Below are positions 35,429-45,477 of a stretch of 64,000 nt of DNA, one piece after another (position 1 is the first letter of the stretch; every line of letters begins with the position of its first letter). This stretch comes from Candidatus Parcubacteria bacterium. GTDB taxonomy: Bacteria > Patescibacteriota > Minisyncoccia > UBA9983. The DNA lies in the NCBI GenBank assembly GCA_003599625.1, contig QZIU01000008.1, positions 1,690 to 65,689 of the forward strand, written 5' to 3'. A program made the position numbers and the translations under genes. The notes below the pieces were generated by a model that saw only the letters and a list, made by a program, of their open reading frames with translations, did not search any database and was not told where the DNA came from.

Positions 35429-37303
35429 ATGTGCGGAATAGCCGGGTCAAATGATGAAAATTTTATATTAGGAAAAAACGATCTTAAGCATAGAGGACCG
35501 GATTCTTTTAACGCTTTTAAAGAAAGGGGAATGAATTTTTACCACTGGCGGCTGGCGATAATTGATCCGACTGAAAACGGCAATCAACCCATATTCAATG
35601 AAGATAAAACAATATCGGCTATCTTTAATGGAGAAATTTATAATTATCTGGAGCTTAGGGATAAATATCTCAAAAAACATCAATTTTATACTAATACCGA
35701 CACAGAAGTAATAGTCCACATGTATGAGGAATTCGGAGAGCGATTCGTGGATTATCTAAACGGGGACTTTGCCATATCGCTTTGGGACAATAAAACCAAT
35801 ACACTTTTTTTATATAGGGATCGCCTGGGTATAAAGCCTCTTTATTATACGTCAGAAAGAGGAAAGTTATATTTTGCTTCTGAAATAAAACCGCTCTTAA
35901 AAGCGGCTCATTTAAAGCAAGATAGGGAATTGGATTTCTGTTCCATTGATTCTTATCTGAGATATCGTTACATACTCAGCCCGGAGGATACTTTTTTTAA
36001 AAGAATAAAAAAACTTTTGCCCGGTCATTTTCTTGTGTGGAACACTTGCCAATTTGAGATAAAAAAATATTGGGATGTGAAATTTTTGCCAAATCCGGCA
36101 ATAAGAAAAGAGGAATATGTTGCCAAATTTGCCTCTTTATTTTCCGATTCTGTTCGTTTAAGGATGATATCGGATGTTCCCGTGGGCGCCTATTTAAGCG
36201 GCGGTATCGATTCCAACAGCGTAGTTGCGGAGATGAAGAAACATAACATGGCGGAATACCCGATAAGAACTTTTTCAATAGGTTTCAAGGGGAGTACAGA
36301 TGAAACATTTTTAGCCAGTAAATATGCCGCGTTTCATGGGACTAACCATCAAAGTTTTTATTTAAAACCAGATGATTATAAATGCTATAAGGAATTGGTT
36401 CATTATTTAGACGAACTCGTGGGAGATCCAATTATTTTACCTACCTACATTCTTTCCAAAATGGCTTCCGAAACCGTAAAGGTTGTGCTTACCGGCGAGG
36501 GTGCCGATGAAATCCTCGGAAGCTATATTCATCATTATGCCGTTTACTATGTCTCCAAATATTGGACAGTTTTGCCAAATATTTTTAAAAATATCTTCAT
36601 CGTTATAATGAAGTTAATACCGCACAATATCTTTAACAAAATTTTTCCTTATCCCGCCGATCTTGGAAAGAATGGGAAAGAAAAGGTAATTGCTTTTTTA
36701 AAAAACAGCAAGGGAAATCTGAAGATTGCCGACTTGATAGAACTTTTTAATGAAGACGAGAGGAAGAAATTGTTTAATATTGACCTAAATATTTTTCATT
36801 TTGACAGATCAAGGAATAATATAGATTCCCGATCCATTAATGACCTTCTGACCTTTGACTTGAAACATTGGCTTCCAAACTATACTTTACTAAAACAAGA
36901 CCGCCTGGCAATGGCGAACGGAATCGAAAGCAGAAGTCCTTTTCTCGACCATCGGCTTGTAGAACTAGTTTCTCAAATCCCGGATAATCTAAGGGTTAAA
37001 AATTTTAAAACTAAAGTTATTTTGCGGCAAGCTATGTCAAAAAAACTGACCAAAAAAATCACCAAAGCAAAGAAAAAGGCCTTTTATTTGCCGCTTACTG
37101 CTGTTTTTGACGAGAACTTCTGGTTGTTTGTTAAGGATATATTGTCCAAAAAAAATATTGAAAAAATAGGTATTTTAAACTACACTTATATAAACCAGCT
37201 ATTAGGAGAGGAAAAAAATTTATTAAATACAAAGAAAATTTTCAATATTTTCCTTCTCCAGCTTTGGTTTGATGAATTTATAGCTTCGGATAAAAAAATA
37301 TGA
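35429..37303 (+). CDS. asnB: Asparagine synthase (glutamine-hydrolysing)-family amidotransferase
   Basis: N-terminal MCGIAG Cys nucleophile and the PP-loop SGGIDSNSVVA. Confidence 0.9.
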   Translation: MCGIAGSNDENFILGKNDLKHRGPDSFNAFKERGMNFYHWRLAIIDPTENGNQPIFNEDKTISAIFNGEIYNYLELRDKYLKKHQFYTNTDTEVIVHMYEEFGERFVDYLNGDFAISLWDNKTNTLFLYRDRLGIKPLYYTSERGKLYFASEIKPLLKAAHLKQDRELDFCSIDSYLRYRYILSPEDTFFKRIKKLLPGHFLVWNTCQFEIKKYWDVKFLPNPAIRKEEYVAKFASLFSDSVRLRMISDVPVGAYLSGGIDSNSVVAEMKKHNMAEYPIRTFSIGFKGSTDETFLASKYAAFHGTNHQSFYLKPDDYKCYKELVHYLDELVGDPIILPTYILSKMASETVKVVLTGEGADEILGSYIHHYAVYYVSKYWTVLPNIFKNIFIVIMKLIPHNIFNKIFPYPADLGKNGKEKVIAFLKNSKGNLKIADLIELFNEDERKKLFNIDLNIFHFDRSRNNIDSRSINDLLTFDLKHWLPNYTLLKQDRLAMANGIESRSPFLDHRLVELVSQIPDNLRVKNFKTKVILRQAMSKKLTKKITKAKKKAFYLPLTAVFDENFWLFVKDILSKKNIEKIGILNYTYINQLLGEEKNLLNTKKIFNIFLLQLWFDEFIASDKKI

Positions 37304-38118
37304 AGACAGTGGAAGAAGTAAAAAATTACTGGAGCAGAAACCCATTGTTCAGCTTGGAGGTAAAAAACCCCGGATCTCCTGATTTTTTTAACGCAATCGA
37401 TGAAATAAAAAAAAGAGATGTGGAATCTTTCGCCATGAATTACTGGGATTTTAAAGGCTTTAACGGCAAGAAGGTATTGGATGCGGGATGCGGGCCTGGT
37501 TGGCTGACAGTAAGCTATGCGGTGGAAAAAGCCGAGGTTTATTCTGTTGATTTGACAAAGGCAGCGGTTGAACTGACTAGAAAGTTTTTGGATCATAAAA
37601 AAGCTTTTGCTTATGTGGAAGAAGGAAGCGTTGAAAAGCTAAAATTCGAAAATAACTTCTTTGATTTGGTTGTCAGTTCCGGAGTGATACATCATACTCC
37701 TGATCTTGGAAAGGGTTTTAGAGAATGTTTTAGGGTTTTAAAACCCGGAGGGGTTGCAAAGATTACTCTTTATCATAAGGGCATCTTGCACAACAAATTT
37801 GTTTTTCCAGTGATTAGGTTTGCTATGAAAATGATAAATTTCAATAGACCTGGAGCCAATCTGCCTTCTGCAAAAGACGCTGATGATTTTATAAGACAAT
37901 ACGATGGTCTAAATAACCCGGTTGGTATAGGAATGAACGCTTCCAGTTGGTCTGATGAGCTTAAAAAAGCCGGTTTTGTCATAGAAAATTTTGAACTGCA
38001 TTTTTTTCCTAAAAGATTTATCCCTTTTGGCCAGCTTATTCCTGTGTGGTTTCATTATTTGTTGGATCGTTATTTTGGGACAATGATCTACTTTAATTTG
38101 CGCAAACCCAATAACTAA
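37300..38118 (+). CDS. Class I SAM-dependent methyltransferase
   Basis: VLDAGCGPGWLT and VLKPGGVAKI. Confidence 0.8.
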   Translation: MKTVEEVKNYWSRNPLFSLEVKNPGSPDFFNAIDEIKKRDVESFAMNYWDFKGFNGKKVLDAGCGPGWLTVSYAVEKAEVYSVDLTKAAVELTRKFLDHKKAFAYVEEGSVEKLKFENNFFDLVVSSGVIHHTPDLGKGFRECFRVLKPGGVAKITLYHKGILHNKFVFPVIRFAMKMINFNRPGANLPSAKDADDFIRQYDGLNNPVGIGMNASSWSDELKKAGFVIENFELHFFPKRFIPFGQLIPVWFHYLLDRYFGTMIYFNLRKPNN

Positions 38119-38121
38119 GAC

Positions 38122-38997
38122 ATGCATGTATCCATAATATTGCCTGCCTATAACGAAGAAGAAGCTATCGGTAAAGTGATAGACGATGTTACATTTGCAA
38201 TGAATAATTCTTCGTACAAAGATGAGTATGAAATCTTGGTAATAGACGACGTGTCGCAAGATTCAACCGCAGAAATAGCCCAAACTAAAGCCGCAAGAGT
38301 AATAAAAAGAAAAGTTCGGGGAGGGTCGGGCGCCAGCAGAAAGACCGGAATTCTTGAGTCAAAGGGCGAAATAATAGTAATGCTTGATGCGGATGACACC
38401 TATACGGCTTCCGATATACCTAAAATGCTGGAATTTTTTCCAGAATACGACCAGGTTAACGGAGCGAGAGATTCCGAGAAAGGGACTATTAAATTTTTAC
38501 GAGTCCCCACTAAATGGGTTATACGAAAGATTGCTTCTTATTTAACCGGCGTAAACATACCGGATCTAAATACGGGATTTAAAGCTTTTAAAAAAGAATT
38601 AATGCTAAAGTACATGTGGGTCATACCCGATGGGTTTAGTTGCGTTACAACGATGACCCTGGCTTTTTTGTGCAATGGGCACAGCGTAAAATATTTGCCC
38701 ACAAATTACAAAAAAAGAAAGGGGTCTTCCAAATTTCATATCGTTAAAGATACTTCGAAATATCTGCAGACAGTTATCCGAATGATAATATACTTTAATC
38801 CGTTAAAGTTCTTTTTGCCGTTTTTTGTTGTCGTGTTTAGTATCGGCATTTTAAAGGTTTTAGTTGAGTTTATTTGGCTTAGCCATCGCGTTCAAGCTTC
38901 CAGTATCATAATCATATTGGCAAGCGTGAATATTTTCTTTTTCGGCGTGATTGCCGATCTTTTGGTCAGTCAACAGAAGGCCAGGAATAATGCCTAA
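38122..38997 (+). CDS. Glycosyltransferase family 2 with C-terminal TM helices (GtrB-like polyprenyl-phosphate glycosyltransferase)
   Basis: VSIILPAYNEE...VIDDVSQDST, DAD motif, two C-terminal TM segments. Confidence 0.85.
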   Translation: MHVSIILPAYNEEEAIGKVIDDVTFAMNNSSYKDEYEILVIDDVSQDSTAEIAQTKAARVIKRKVRGGSGASRKTGILESKGEIIVMLDADDTYTASDIPKMLEFFPEYDQVNGARDSEKGTIKFLRVPTKWVIRKIASYLTGVNIPDLNTGFKAFKKELMLKYMWVIPDGFSCVTTMTLAFLCNGHSVKYLPTNYKKRKGSSKFHIVKDTSKYLQTVIRMIIYFNPLKFFLPFFVVVFSIGILKVLVEFIWLSHRVQASSIIIILASVNIFFFGVIADLLVSQQKARNNA

Positions 38998-39002
38998 TTT
39001 TA

Positions 39003-40595
39003 ATGAGTATTGAAAATATTTTAATAAATTCGGTAAAAAAAACACTCTCTTGCCTTGATACAAACACATATTCGGAAACTTTTGGTTGTTTTGATAGAGA
39101 TTTTTGGCATTACAAAACCCTCAGGGATTTTCCCTCCGCAACCTATCAACAAAGCGTTTTAACATTGGCGCTCGTTTTTAAAAATGATTTTCCCGGGAAT
39201 ATCTTTTTTAAAAATCAAAGATGCTTGGAATTTATAACAGCCGGCATAAAATACTGGTCGAGAATACAGAACAAAGACGGGTCTTTTAATGAATGGTTCC
39301 CCAACGAACATAGTCATGTCGCGACCGCATTTACAACTTATGCGGTCACGGAAACGCTGTTGCTCTTGAAAGAAGATTTAGAAATTTCTAAAGGTGTCTT
39401 AGAGAGCATCAAAAAAGCCGCCGATTGGTTGTCCAATAATTCTGATTTTTTGGTTACAAATCATGCTGCCGGAGCTGCCGTTGCTTTGTATAATAGCTTC
39501 TTAATCACTCAAGAAAAAAAATATTTGGATTCATCAAGAAAAGAAATTGAAATAGTTTTAGGCAATCAGGACAAAGAGGGTTGGTATTTGGAATATGATG
39601 GTTGCGATCCAGGTTATTTGAGTGTAACGGTTGACTTCTTGGCAAGGTATTATCATAAGTCAGGCGATCAGCATGTTTTTGATTCCTTAGCCAGCGCGAT
39701 TAAATTCATGAAATATTTTCTTCATCCTGACGGATCTTACGGGGGAGAATACGGTTCAAGAAACACTAAATATATGTTTACCGGCGGTTTAACTTTTCTT
39801 TTTGAAAAACTTCCGGAAGCAAAAAAAATATTTAACGAATATTGGGAAAAAAGATGCTTCGATGTTGGATTTTCCTCTGATGATCGGTATTTATTTTTTT
39901 TCTTTCTGCCCAATTATCTCGAAACTTTTTTATTTGTTGAGAAAAATAGCAAGAATAAACCGGAAGAGAAAAAAGAGAATCAGGAATTTTTTGAAAAAAA
40001 CTTTCAAAGCGCGGGAATTTATGCCAAAAAGACCGAAAAATTCCATATCGTAATAAATTACAACAAAGGGGGAATCATAAAAATTTTTTCAAATGCAAAT
40101 GGAGAGATGATCTACAGCGACACGGGATATTTAATAAAAACAAATAAAGGCATATATCATTCGCAAGGCTCAAGGAAGTCGAATAATACTTTTCAAAAAA
40201 ATGTCGCCACAAAGAAATTTTCTATTCAGAATAATTTTGTTTTGCTTAAGAACAAACACCCCCTTAAGAAGAGTTTGATTTTTTTCAGATTGTTTAATTA
40301 TACATTTGGAAAAAACAACAAGATAATGAGCGCCTTCAACAAAGCTTTAAAAAAGAGGATGATTCTAAGGGAAAAAACGGCAAAGATCAAGCTGATCAGG
40401 AAAATTGAAATTCAAGCAAAATCTGTTAAGATAGAAGACGAGATTATAAATAATTCTAATTTGATCATAATAGAGAAAAAAAGGACAAGCGTTTTTTCTT
40501 CTCGACACGTTCCTTCTTCAAGAATTTTTAGAAGTAATGACTTTTTTTCTCCGGAGATAAGCGGGGCGGAAAAAATTTTAGAAATAAAATTTTAA
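39003..40595 (+). CDS. Hypothetical protein, possibly alpha/alpha-toroid repeat fold
   Basis: Repeated DGS(F/Y)xxW/E-like segments. No catalytic motif recognised. Confidence 0.3.
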   Translation: MSIENILINSVKKTLSCLDTNTYSETFGCFDRDFWHYKTLRDFPSATYQQSVLTLALVFKNDFPGNIFFKNQRCLEFITAGIKYWSRIQNKDGSFNEWFPNEHSHVATAFTTYAVTETLLLLKEDLEISKGVLESIKKAADWLSNNSDFLVTNHAAGAAVALYNSFLITQEKKYLDSSRKEIEIVLGNQDKEGWYLEYDGCDPGYLSVTVDFLARYYHKSGDQHVFDSLASAIKFMKYFLHPDGSYGGEYGSRNTKYMFTGGLTFLFEKLPEAKKIFNEYWEKRCFDVGFSSDDRYLFFFFLPNYLETFLFVEKNSKNKPEEKKENQEFFEKNFQSAGIYAKKTEKFHIVINYNKGGIIKIFSNANGEMIYSDTGYLIKTNKGIYHSQGSRKSNNTFQKNVATKKFSIQNNFVLLKNKHPLKKSLIFFRLFNYTFGKNNKIMSAFNKALKKRMILREKTAKIKLIRKIEIQAKSVKIEDEIINNSNLIIIEKKRTSVFSSRHVPSSRIFRSNDFFSPEISGAEKILEIKF

Positions 40596-40606
40596 ATAAT
40601 CAAAAG

Positions 40607-42064
40607 ATGACTAATCCAAAAACATTATTGCTTGTTCCTCCTTCAAAATTTAGCAAGAATGTTGCCAGGGATCTTGTCTATGGCTGCTGGTGCAAAGGGA
40701 AAAGGATAGCGGGGGTTACTTTCCCGCCGGTATCTTTGGCCATGATCGCAACCGTTCTAAGAAAAAACGGATTGGATGCGGACGTTCTCGATGCTGCCGG
40801 AGAAGGCTTGGGATTGGATGAAGTATTAAAAGAAACATCGCAATACGATTTTTGCATTATGTTGACTTCATCCATGACTCTTAATGAAGATGCCGAAATA
40901 CTTGATACTGTCAAAAGAAATAATCCAAGAATAATAACTGTTGTTTTTGGGGGACATGTAACTGCGGAGCCAAAGAGCACTCTCTCCAGAAAGGGTATTG
41001 ACATTGTCGTCAGGAGGGAGGCCGAGTTTATTATAAAGGACATTGTTTCATCCTTTAGGTCGGGCGATGATTGGCGGAAAATCATGGGCATCTCCCATAT
41101 GGATGACGGCAAGTATTACGAAAACCCGCCATACCCTTTGATCGAGAATCTTGATGATTTATCCGTTCCTGATCGGCAATTGCTTTCCGAAAAAATAGAT
41201 TACTTTAATCCATTGGTAAAAAGAATGCCTTATACCACCATGTTTACAAGCCGAGGTTGTCCCGGAGCCTGCACTTTTTGTTCTTCGCCGACTTTTTATG
41301 GCAGAAGTATCAGGTTTATGAGCGCAAATCGCGTGCTGGAAGAGATGAAGGAGTGCGCCAAGCTGGGGTATAGGGAAATTTTCTTTCGTGATGAAATTTT
41401 CACCGCTTCTAAGAGCAGGGTGATTGAAATTTGCGAAGGAATCAAAAAAGCGAAGCTGGATATTTCTTGGATATGCAGTTCTCGAATAAATACCATAGAT
41501 AAGGAGATGATGGTAAAAATGAAAGAAGCCGGTTGTCATATGATAAGATTCGGGGTTGAGTCCGGCTGTCAGGAGTTGCTCAATAATGTTAAAAAGGGAA
41601 TCAAAGTGGAAAAGATAAAAGAAGTTTTTAGGTGGGCGAGAGAGGTTAGGTTGGACACTCATGCCCATATGATGATTGGCATACCTGGAGAAAGCCATGA
41701 GACACTAAAAAGAACTTTAAGATTTTTAAAAGAAATTAAACCCACCACCGTAACTTTCGGAATATTGACGCCTTATGCCGGGACGGAACTTTTTGATAAA
41801 CTGAAGGAGTATCATCCGGAAATGGGCGATGGCACCACGATGGATGTTTCAAAGCTGCATACCCACGCTTATTATAATGAGTATTTTACCAAGCTGACCG
41901 CCACAGAACTGCAAAAGTACATAAGAAAGGTTTACAGGAATTTTTATCTTAATCCGCGATATATAATTAGAAGACTAGTCAGTATAAGAAATAAAGACGA
42001 GTTTAAGAGAACGGTTTTAGCCGGTCTTGATGTGTTTAATTTTGTTTTCGGCAAAGATGATTAA
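40607..42064 (+). CDS. B12-binding radical SAM enzyme
   Basis: SRGCPGACTFCSS radical SAM motif after a cobalamin-binding-like N-terminal domain. Confidence 0.85.
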   Translation: MTNPKTLLLVPPSKFSKNVARDLVYGCWCKGKRIAGVTFPPVSLAMIATVLRKNGLDADVLDAAGEGLGLDEVLKETSQYDFCIMLTSSMTLNEDAEILDTVKRNNPRIITVVFGGHVTAEPKSTLSRKGIDIVVRREAEFIIKDIVSSFRSGDDWRKIMGISHMDDGKYYENPPYPLIENLDDLSVPDRQLLSEKIDYFNPLVKRMPYTTMFTSRGCPGACTFCSSPTFYGRSIRFMSANRVLEEMKECAKLGYREIFFRDEIFTASKSRVIEICEGIKKAKLDISWICSSRINTIDKEMMVKMKEAGCHMIRFGVESGCQELLNNVKKGIKVEKIKEVFRWAREVRLDTHAHMMIGIPGESHETLKRTLRFLKEIKPTTVTFGILTPYAGTELFDKLKEYHPEMGDGTTMDVSKLHTHAYYNEYFTKLTATELQKYIRKVYRNFYLNPRYIIRRLVSIRNKDEFKRTVLAGLDVFNFVFGKDD

Positions 42065-43394
42065 AAGAGAAAAAAAAATAATAATATTGATCACAATCGC
42101 AATTTTTATTTTTTCACTGGCGATTTCTTTTACCCTCAGGATCCCGCCTGAAGTTGATGCCAGGGCTTACGATAGAATTGCGGTTAATCTTATAAACGGA
42201 AGCGGTTACATTGAGGATGCCGGAAAAAACCTTGCAGACGATTTTTCCATCGCGAGAGTCGGTCCTGGCTACGAATTCTTCCTTGCCGGAATTTATAAAA
42301 TATTTGGTCATCGATATTGGGTTGTTTGGTTTTTCCAGGCATTATTGCACGCCTTAACCGCATTTCTTGTCTACGAAATATCAAAGAGAATATTTAAAAG
42401 CCAATGGAGATCAACGGCTGGATATCTGGCGGCTTTGCTAGTTGGTTTTTCGCCAGACTTGCTCTTGGCAAGCTCAATGTTGTTGACGGAAACTTTGGGT
42501 ATTTTTCTTATGGTGTCGGCTGTATATTTATTTTTTAGATATTTTGATGATAACAGGCTTATAATTCTTGTTGCTTCGGCCATTTTTTTTGGAGTTGCCG
42601 TGCTTACCCGCTCCCAATTGGTTGTATTCTTGCCGATCTTCGCGGCTCCCTTGCTCTTTAAAAAAGAGTGGATGAGGGTGACTATTTTTATTCTGCTATT
42701 GGCTGCAATTTTTGCCCCATGGGTTGCAAGGAATTACAAAGTTTACAACGAGTTTATACCGTTTAACGCTTCCTTAGGCTACAACCTCTGGGGTGGAAAT
42801 CACATTGGGGCCAGCGGGGAAATGGAGACAAATTACGCGCCTTTGATAGAATACGCGGTAAATCATATGCCTATTGAGGTTAATGAAGAAGGAGTTTCCA
42901 AATTTAAAGAGTTTCTTATTGATCATCCTGTTGATTTTATAAAATTGATCGGGAAAAAGATTTCAATATTTTTCAGTTTCAGCAGGCCGACTGGTTTTTG
43001 GCCGACCCTATATCCTTTCCAGCAGGCAGCCATCGCCTTCTTTTCGCTGATTTATTCCGTCTTGATATTTGGCTTGGGGATTTCCGGGGGCGTATTGATG
43101 GTAAAAAAACTTAAAACGATGGATCAGTCGGAGAAGATCAAGACAATTTTCGCCCTTGCCATGGCAGTATTGATACCTCTTTCCGTTATTGTTATTTTAG
43201 TGGAAAGTCGGTACAGGTATCCGATATATCCTTTTATGGCGATTTTTGCCGGATATTTGGCATCACACAAGAATGAAGTTTTTAAAAATCTTAAATATCC
43301 CTTGATGGTTTTTGCTATATTGTTTTTAAATTCTTTTTTTGATTTTTTTGCGAATTTTGAAAGATTTTGGGATAAATTTAAAGAAATTCTTTAA
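42057..43394 (+). CDS. GT-C fold membrane glycosyltransferase (ArnT/GT39/GT83-like)
   Basis: Multi-TM protein. Start set at MIKREKK, overlapping the radical SAM stop by 8 nt. Confidence 0.65.
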   Translation: MIKREKKIIILITIAIFIFSLAISFTLRIPPEVDARAYDRIAVNLINGSGYIEDAGKNLADDFSIARVGPGYEFFLAGIYKIFGHRYWVVWFFQALLHALTAFLVYEISKRIFKSQWRSTAGYLAALLVGFSPDLLLASSMLLTETLGIFLMVSAVYLFFRYFDDNRLIILVASAIFFGVAVLTRSQLVVFLPIFAAPLLFKKEWMRVTIFILLLAAIFAPWVARNYKVYNEFIPFNASLGYNLWGGNHIGASGEMETNYAPLIEYAVNHMPIEVNEEGVSKFKEFLIDHPVDFIKLIGKKISIFFSFSRPTGFWPTLYPFQQAAIAFFSLIYSVLIFGLGISGGVLMVKKLKTMDQSEKIKTIFALAMAVLIPLSVIVILVESRYRYPIYPFMAIFAGYLASHKNEVFKNLKYPLMVFAILFLNSFFDFFANFERFWDKFKEIL

Positions 43395-43396
43395 TT

Positions 43397-44002
43397 ATGA
43401 CGCAAAACTACATCAAGCCCGGCTATATTACCAAGGATCGCTGGAATAATTATTGGTATCAAATCGATAGCTTGAAAAGATTTAGAAATGCCAAGACAGT
43501 TTTAGAGATTGGACCTGGTAATAAAGTCGTAAACGATATGTTGAAGAAGCTCGGTTTCTTGGCGAAATCTGTTGATGTAGACAAGTCGGTTTCTCCGGAT
43601 TACATAGCATCCGCGGAAAAAATTCCCGTGGATGATAAAAGTTATGATTTGGTTTTAGCCGCAGAGATAATAGAACATCTTCCTTTTGAAAAAGTTGACG
43701 AAGTTTTGGAAGAAATCAAGAGGATTGCCAAGACAGGGGCTGTAATTTCTCTCCCGCACTCCGGCTATACGCTTTCTTTGGGCTTTAAAGTTCCTCTTAT
43801 AAAGTGGAAATTCGGAATTTTAAAAATCCCGCACTTTTGGCGAAGAAAAACTTCCACAGAAGAGCACTTCTGGGAACTTGGATTAAGGAATTATCCGGTC
43901 AGGAAATTTAAAAAAATTCTTAAAAAGGCAGGTTTTAAAATAATTAATAATTTTATTGGGCACGATGACCCATCCCACATTTTCTTTGTCTTGGAACTAT
44001 GA
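43397..44002 (+). CDS. Class I SAM-dependent methyltransferase
   Basis: VLEIGPGNKVV motif I. Confidence 0.7.
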   Translation: MTQNYIKPGYITKDRWNNYWYQIDSLKRFRNAKTVLEIGPGNKVVNDMLKKLGFLAKSVDVDKSVSPDYIASAEKIPVDDKSYDLVLAAEIIEHLPFEKVDEVLEEIKRIAKTGAVISLPHSGYTLSLGFKVPLIKWKFGILKIPHFWRRKTSTEEHFWELGLRNYPVRKFKKILKKAGFKIINNFIGHDDPSHIFFVLEL

Positions 44003-45477
44003 CAAGTGTTCAAAAAAAGGACTTGTTTTTAATCGGGATTTTATTAGCCATAACTGGTTTTTTCTTTTTTAACGATTTTTTAACGGCTCCCAGGGTTGCC
44101 TGGGACGAGGGATTAAATCTTAACCTCGCCAAAAATCTGGCAGAATTTGGCAAGTGGCAGGTACAGGAATCGCCCGGCCAATTTTCCGGGCAAACTCATT
44201 TTTATTCAACCGGGTGGACAATCCTTTTTCCGTCCGCCGTTATTTTTAAAATTTTTGGCGTCAGTTTTATGGCGGGCAGATTGATGATGTTTGCTTACTT
44301 GACTGGGTTCTTGATATTATCTTTCTTTTTGGGAAAAATGTGGTTTGGAAGGAGCGCGGCTTTTCTTGGAGTCCTTTTAATAGCCGTATTTACTCCCGTT
44401 TATACTTACGGCAAGCCCCTTTTGGGAGAAATACCAAGCTTGTTCTGGCTGGTTCTTGGTATCTTGCTTTTTGAAAAATTAAAGCAAAAATGGCAATGGC
44501 AACATGCCGCATTGACCGGATTTTGCTTTGGAGCAGCAGCCGCTTCAAAGTTAACATATGTAATCTTATTTTCTCCCGTTGTTGCGATAATGGCTTTAAC
44601 ATACTTTGCCAGAAAGAAAGTCTCATTAATTTGGTTGCTATTTTTTACCCTTTCCTTTTTTGTGGCAATTGCTCCCGTCTTATGGTTTTCTTTCTCTTTT
44701 GCTGTCTTAAATTCCTCATTTGGCGAAGTAATTTCATTTTATTCAAACAATCATGCTTCCAGTTGCCTCTCCTGCGACGTGAAAAATAATTTCATAAAGT
44801 TTTTTACTTCCAAAAGTCTCCTTTATACCGGTGTATTGATGATGATTGCTATTTTGGGGGCGTTAAAAATCTTTATCAAAAACAAGACTTTGCATTACGC
44901 CGTTTGGGGAGCCGGTTTGTATGGACTGTTAACTCTGACTTACTTCTTTAAAAGTCCCGGGGTTGTCAGATATCTTTTGCCGATACAAATCATCGTAATT
45001 TTTGTCGCTCCGTTTTTAATTATTAGGCTGGCTGACAATTTATCAGAAGTTATTAAAAATAAAATTTTTTTAAAAAGGCTTGGTTGGGCGCTCATTGCTT
45101 TGCTTGTTTTATTCAATCTTTACTCAATTATAATCTCAGGTTATGCCACTTCATCATCAGCTCCCGTTGAGATGGAAAAGTATGTAAAGAATTATTTGCC
45201 CAAAGAAGGGATGGTGGGCGTTATTAATCTTCCCGCTTTAGCCGCGGTTATCCCTTCTCATAGATTGATAAACTACATAAGAATAGACAATCAAACAGAC
45301 AGAGCGGTGGGGATCAACCCCCTTGCATTTAACAAAGAAGAAATGCCAGAATTTTTGATTTTTGACGAGTCTAACGGAAAAACAGAAAAAGATCTCAGGC
45401 CATTCAATGACAAGCTGGAGAATTTATATGCAAAAATTTTTGAAGCTGAAAAGTATAAAATTTTTCAATTAAAATGA
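43999..45477 (+). CDS. GT-C fold membrane glycosyltransferase (paralog of 32511-33995)
   Basis: PRVAWDEG loop motif and the shared KIFGV motif. ~11 TM helices. Confidence 0.7.
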   Translation: MTSVQKKDLFLIGILLAITGFFFFNDFLTAPRVAWDEGLNLNLAKNLAEFGKWQVQESPGQFSGQTHFYSTGWTILFPSAVIFKIFGVSFMAGRLMMFAYLTGFLILSFFLGKMWFGRSAAFLGVLLIAVFTPVYTYGKPLLGEIPSLFWLVLGILLFEKLKQKWQWQHAALTGFCFGAAAASKLTYVILFSPVVAIMALTYFARKKVSLIWLLFFTLSFFVAIAPVLWFSFSFAVLNSSFGEVISFYSNNHASSCLSCDVKNNFIKFFTSKSLLYTGVLMMIAILGALKIFIKNKTLHYAVWGAGLYGLLTLTYFFKSPGVVRYLLPIQIIVIFVAPFLIIRLADNLSEVIKNKIFLKRLGWALIALLVLFNLYSIIISGYATSSSAPVEMEKYVKNYLPKEGMVGVINLPALAAVIPSHRLINYIRIDNQTDRAVGINPLAFNKEEMPEFLIFDESNGKTEKDLRPFNDKLENLYAKIFEAEKYKIFQLK

